Origin: Candidatus Moraniibacteriota bacterium
Lineage (GTDB): Bacteria; Patescibacteriota; Minisyncoccia; Moranbacterales; UBA2206
Assembly: GCA_049303795.1 (NCBI GenBank)
Contig: JBAQNM010000004.1
Location: 141,690-187,457 of the forward strand
Length of the DNA stretch: 45,768 bases
Direction: 5' to 3'
Below, piece by piece: positions 45,378 through 45,768 of the stretch (the stretch's first letter is position 1; each line of letters begins with the position of its first letter). The notes under the pieces were generated by a model. It saw only the letters and a program-made list of their open reading frames with translations, ran no database searches and was not told where the DNA came from. The position numbers and the translations under genes were made by a program.

Positions 45378-45689
45378 TTATTGCGTAGCGGAATTGTCCA
45401 CTCCGACTGAATTTATCAAATTATCAACATTCCTAAGAGAAGCCTCCGCCTCATTTTTGGTATTAATTTGCGCATTGGGATCATTTATTTTATTATTTGA
45501 TATTTCTTGCACACCGCTGTTATTCTTTTGCTCAGCATCTTTCTGACCGCATATCAATTTTGCCTGTTCGGAAATTTTTTTGTCCACTTCTTGCCGATCT
45601 ATCCAAGCAATAATACAAATGCTTATTATTACAAAAATAATAGAAAAAGTAAGATATATTTTGTTTTTTGTTTTTTCGCTAAGTTGCAT
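45378..45689 (-). CDS. Small membrane-anchored hypothetical protein, first gene of the export cluster
   Basis: 103 aa. TM IYLTFSIIFVIISICIIAWI, then an Asn/Gln/Lys-rich tail. Confidence 0.55.
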   Translation of the reverse strand: MQLSEKTKNKIYLTFSIIFVIISICIIAWIDRQEVDKKISEQAKLICGQKDAEQKNNSGVQEISNNKINDPNAQINTKNEAEASLRNVDNLINSVGVDNSATQ

Positions 45690-45690
45690 T

Positions 45691-45768
45691 TTATTGATCT
45701 AGCTTAGAAATAGCATCGTTCAATGCAATTCGAAGCGTGTAATGAGAATCCTTCAGGTCATTTAGCGC
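45691..45768 (-). CDS. C-terminal fragment of an upstream gene, 5'-truncated by the window edge
   Basis: The minus-strand open frame reads ALNDLKDSHYTLRIALNDAISKLDQ*. The TAA at 45691-93 lies 1 nt from ATG 45689 of the next gene. Confidence 0.35.
   Translation of the reverse strand, partial: ALNDLKDSHYTLRIALNDAISKLDQ

Noticed and set aside
1-45768. Scan for CRISPR arrays, rRNA, transposases, integrases, reverse transcriptases and prophage genes
   Set aside because: None recognised by eye in any long ORF or intergenic region. Absence is limited to what motif recognition without tools can detect.

Overview
AT-rich bacterial chromosomal segment, densely coding and mostly on the minus strand. 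Long ORFs stay open under the standard code. Several traits resemble a Candidate Phyla Radiation/Patescibacteria-type genome, which is inference only: many large modular surface proteins with Pro-Thr linkers and membrane anchors, few metabolic genes, weak or absent Shine-Dalgarno sites, and TGnTAnAAT extended -10 boxes. Housekeeping anchors are typA/bipA, dnaG-rpoD, an RmlA-like nucleotidyltransferase, two tandem phosphohexomutases, an ABC-F ATPase, an M24 Xaa-Pro peptidase, CDF and AI-2E transporters, a sensor kinase and tRNA-Ser(CGA). Items most worth follow-up: (1) a two-gene toxin-antitoxin-like module, an HTH-XRE::Panacea(DUF4065) fusion plus a small RelE/ParE-like ORF, with an operator-like inverted repeat over its -35 box (21805-23050). 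(2) A tandem family of membrane-anchored lectin-like (FISUMP-type) surface proteins with a near-identical 5' module, divergent 3' ends and an orphan 5' remnant (1287-4641). (3) A surface protein of about 1800 aa with two seven-fold repeat arrays and an unusual C-terminal anchor (11102-16540). (4) A visibly GC-richer orphan gene bracketed by hairpins (27714-29298). (5) Two promoter-sORF-terminator units missing from the ORF track (29269-29492 and 39485-39645). (6) A decayed PAS/HisKA kinase. (7) A sigma-70 with a lysine-rich N-terminal extension. (8) A YknWXYZ/MacAB-like export operon followed by small secreted proteins. I saw no CRISPR array, rRNA, transposase, integrase or reverse transcriptase. 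All family calls are by-eye motif recognition and need profile or structure searches.
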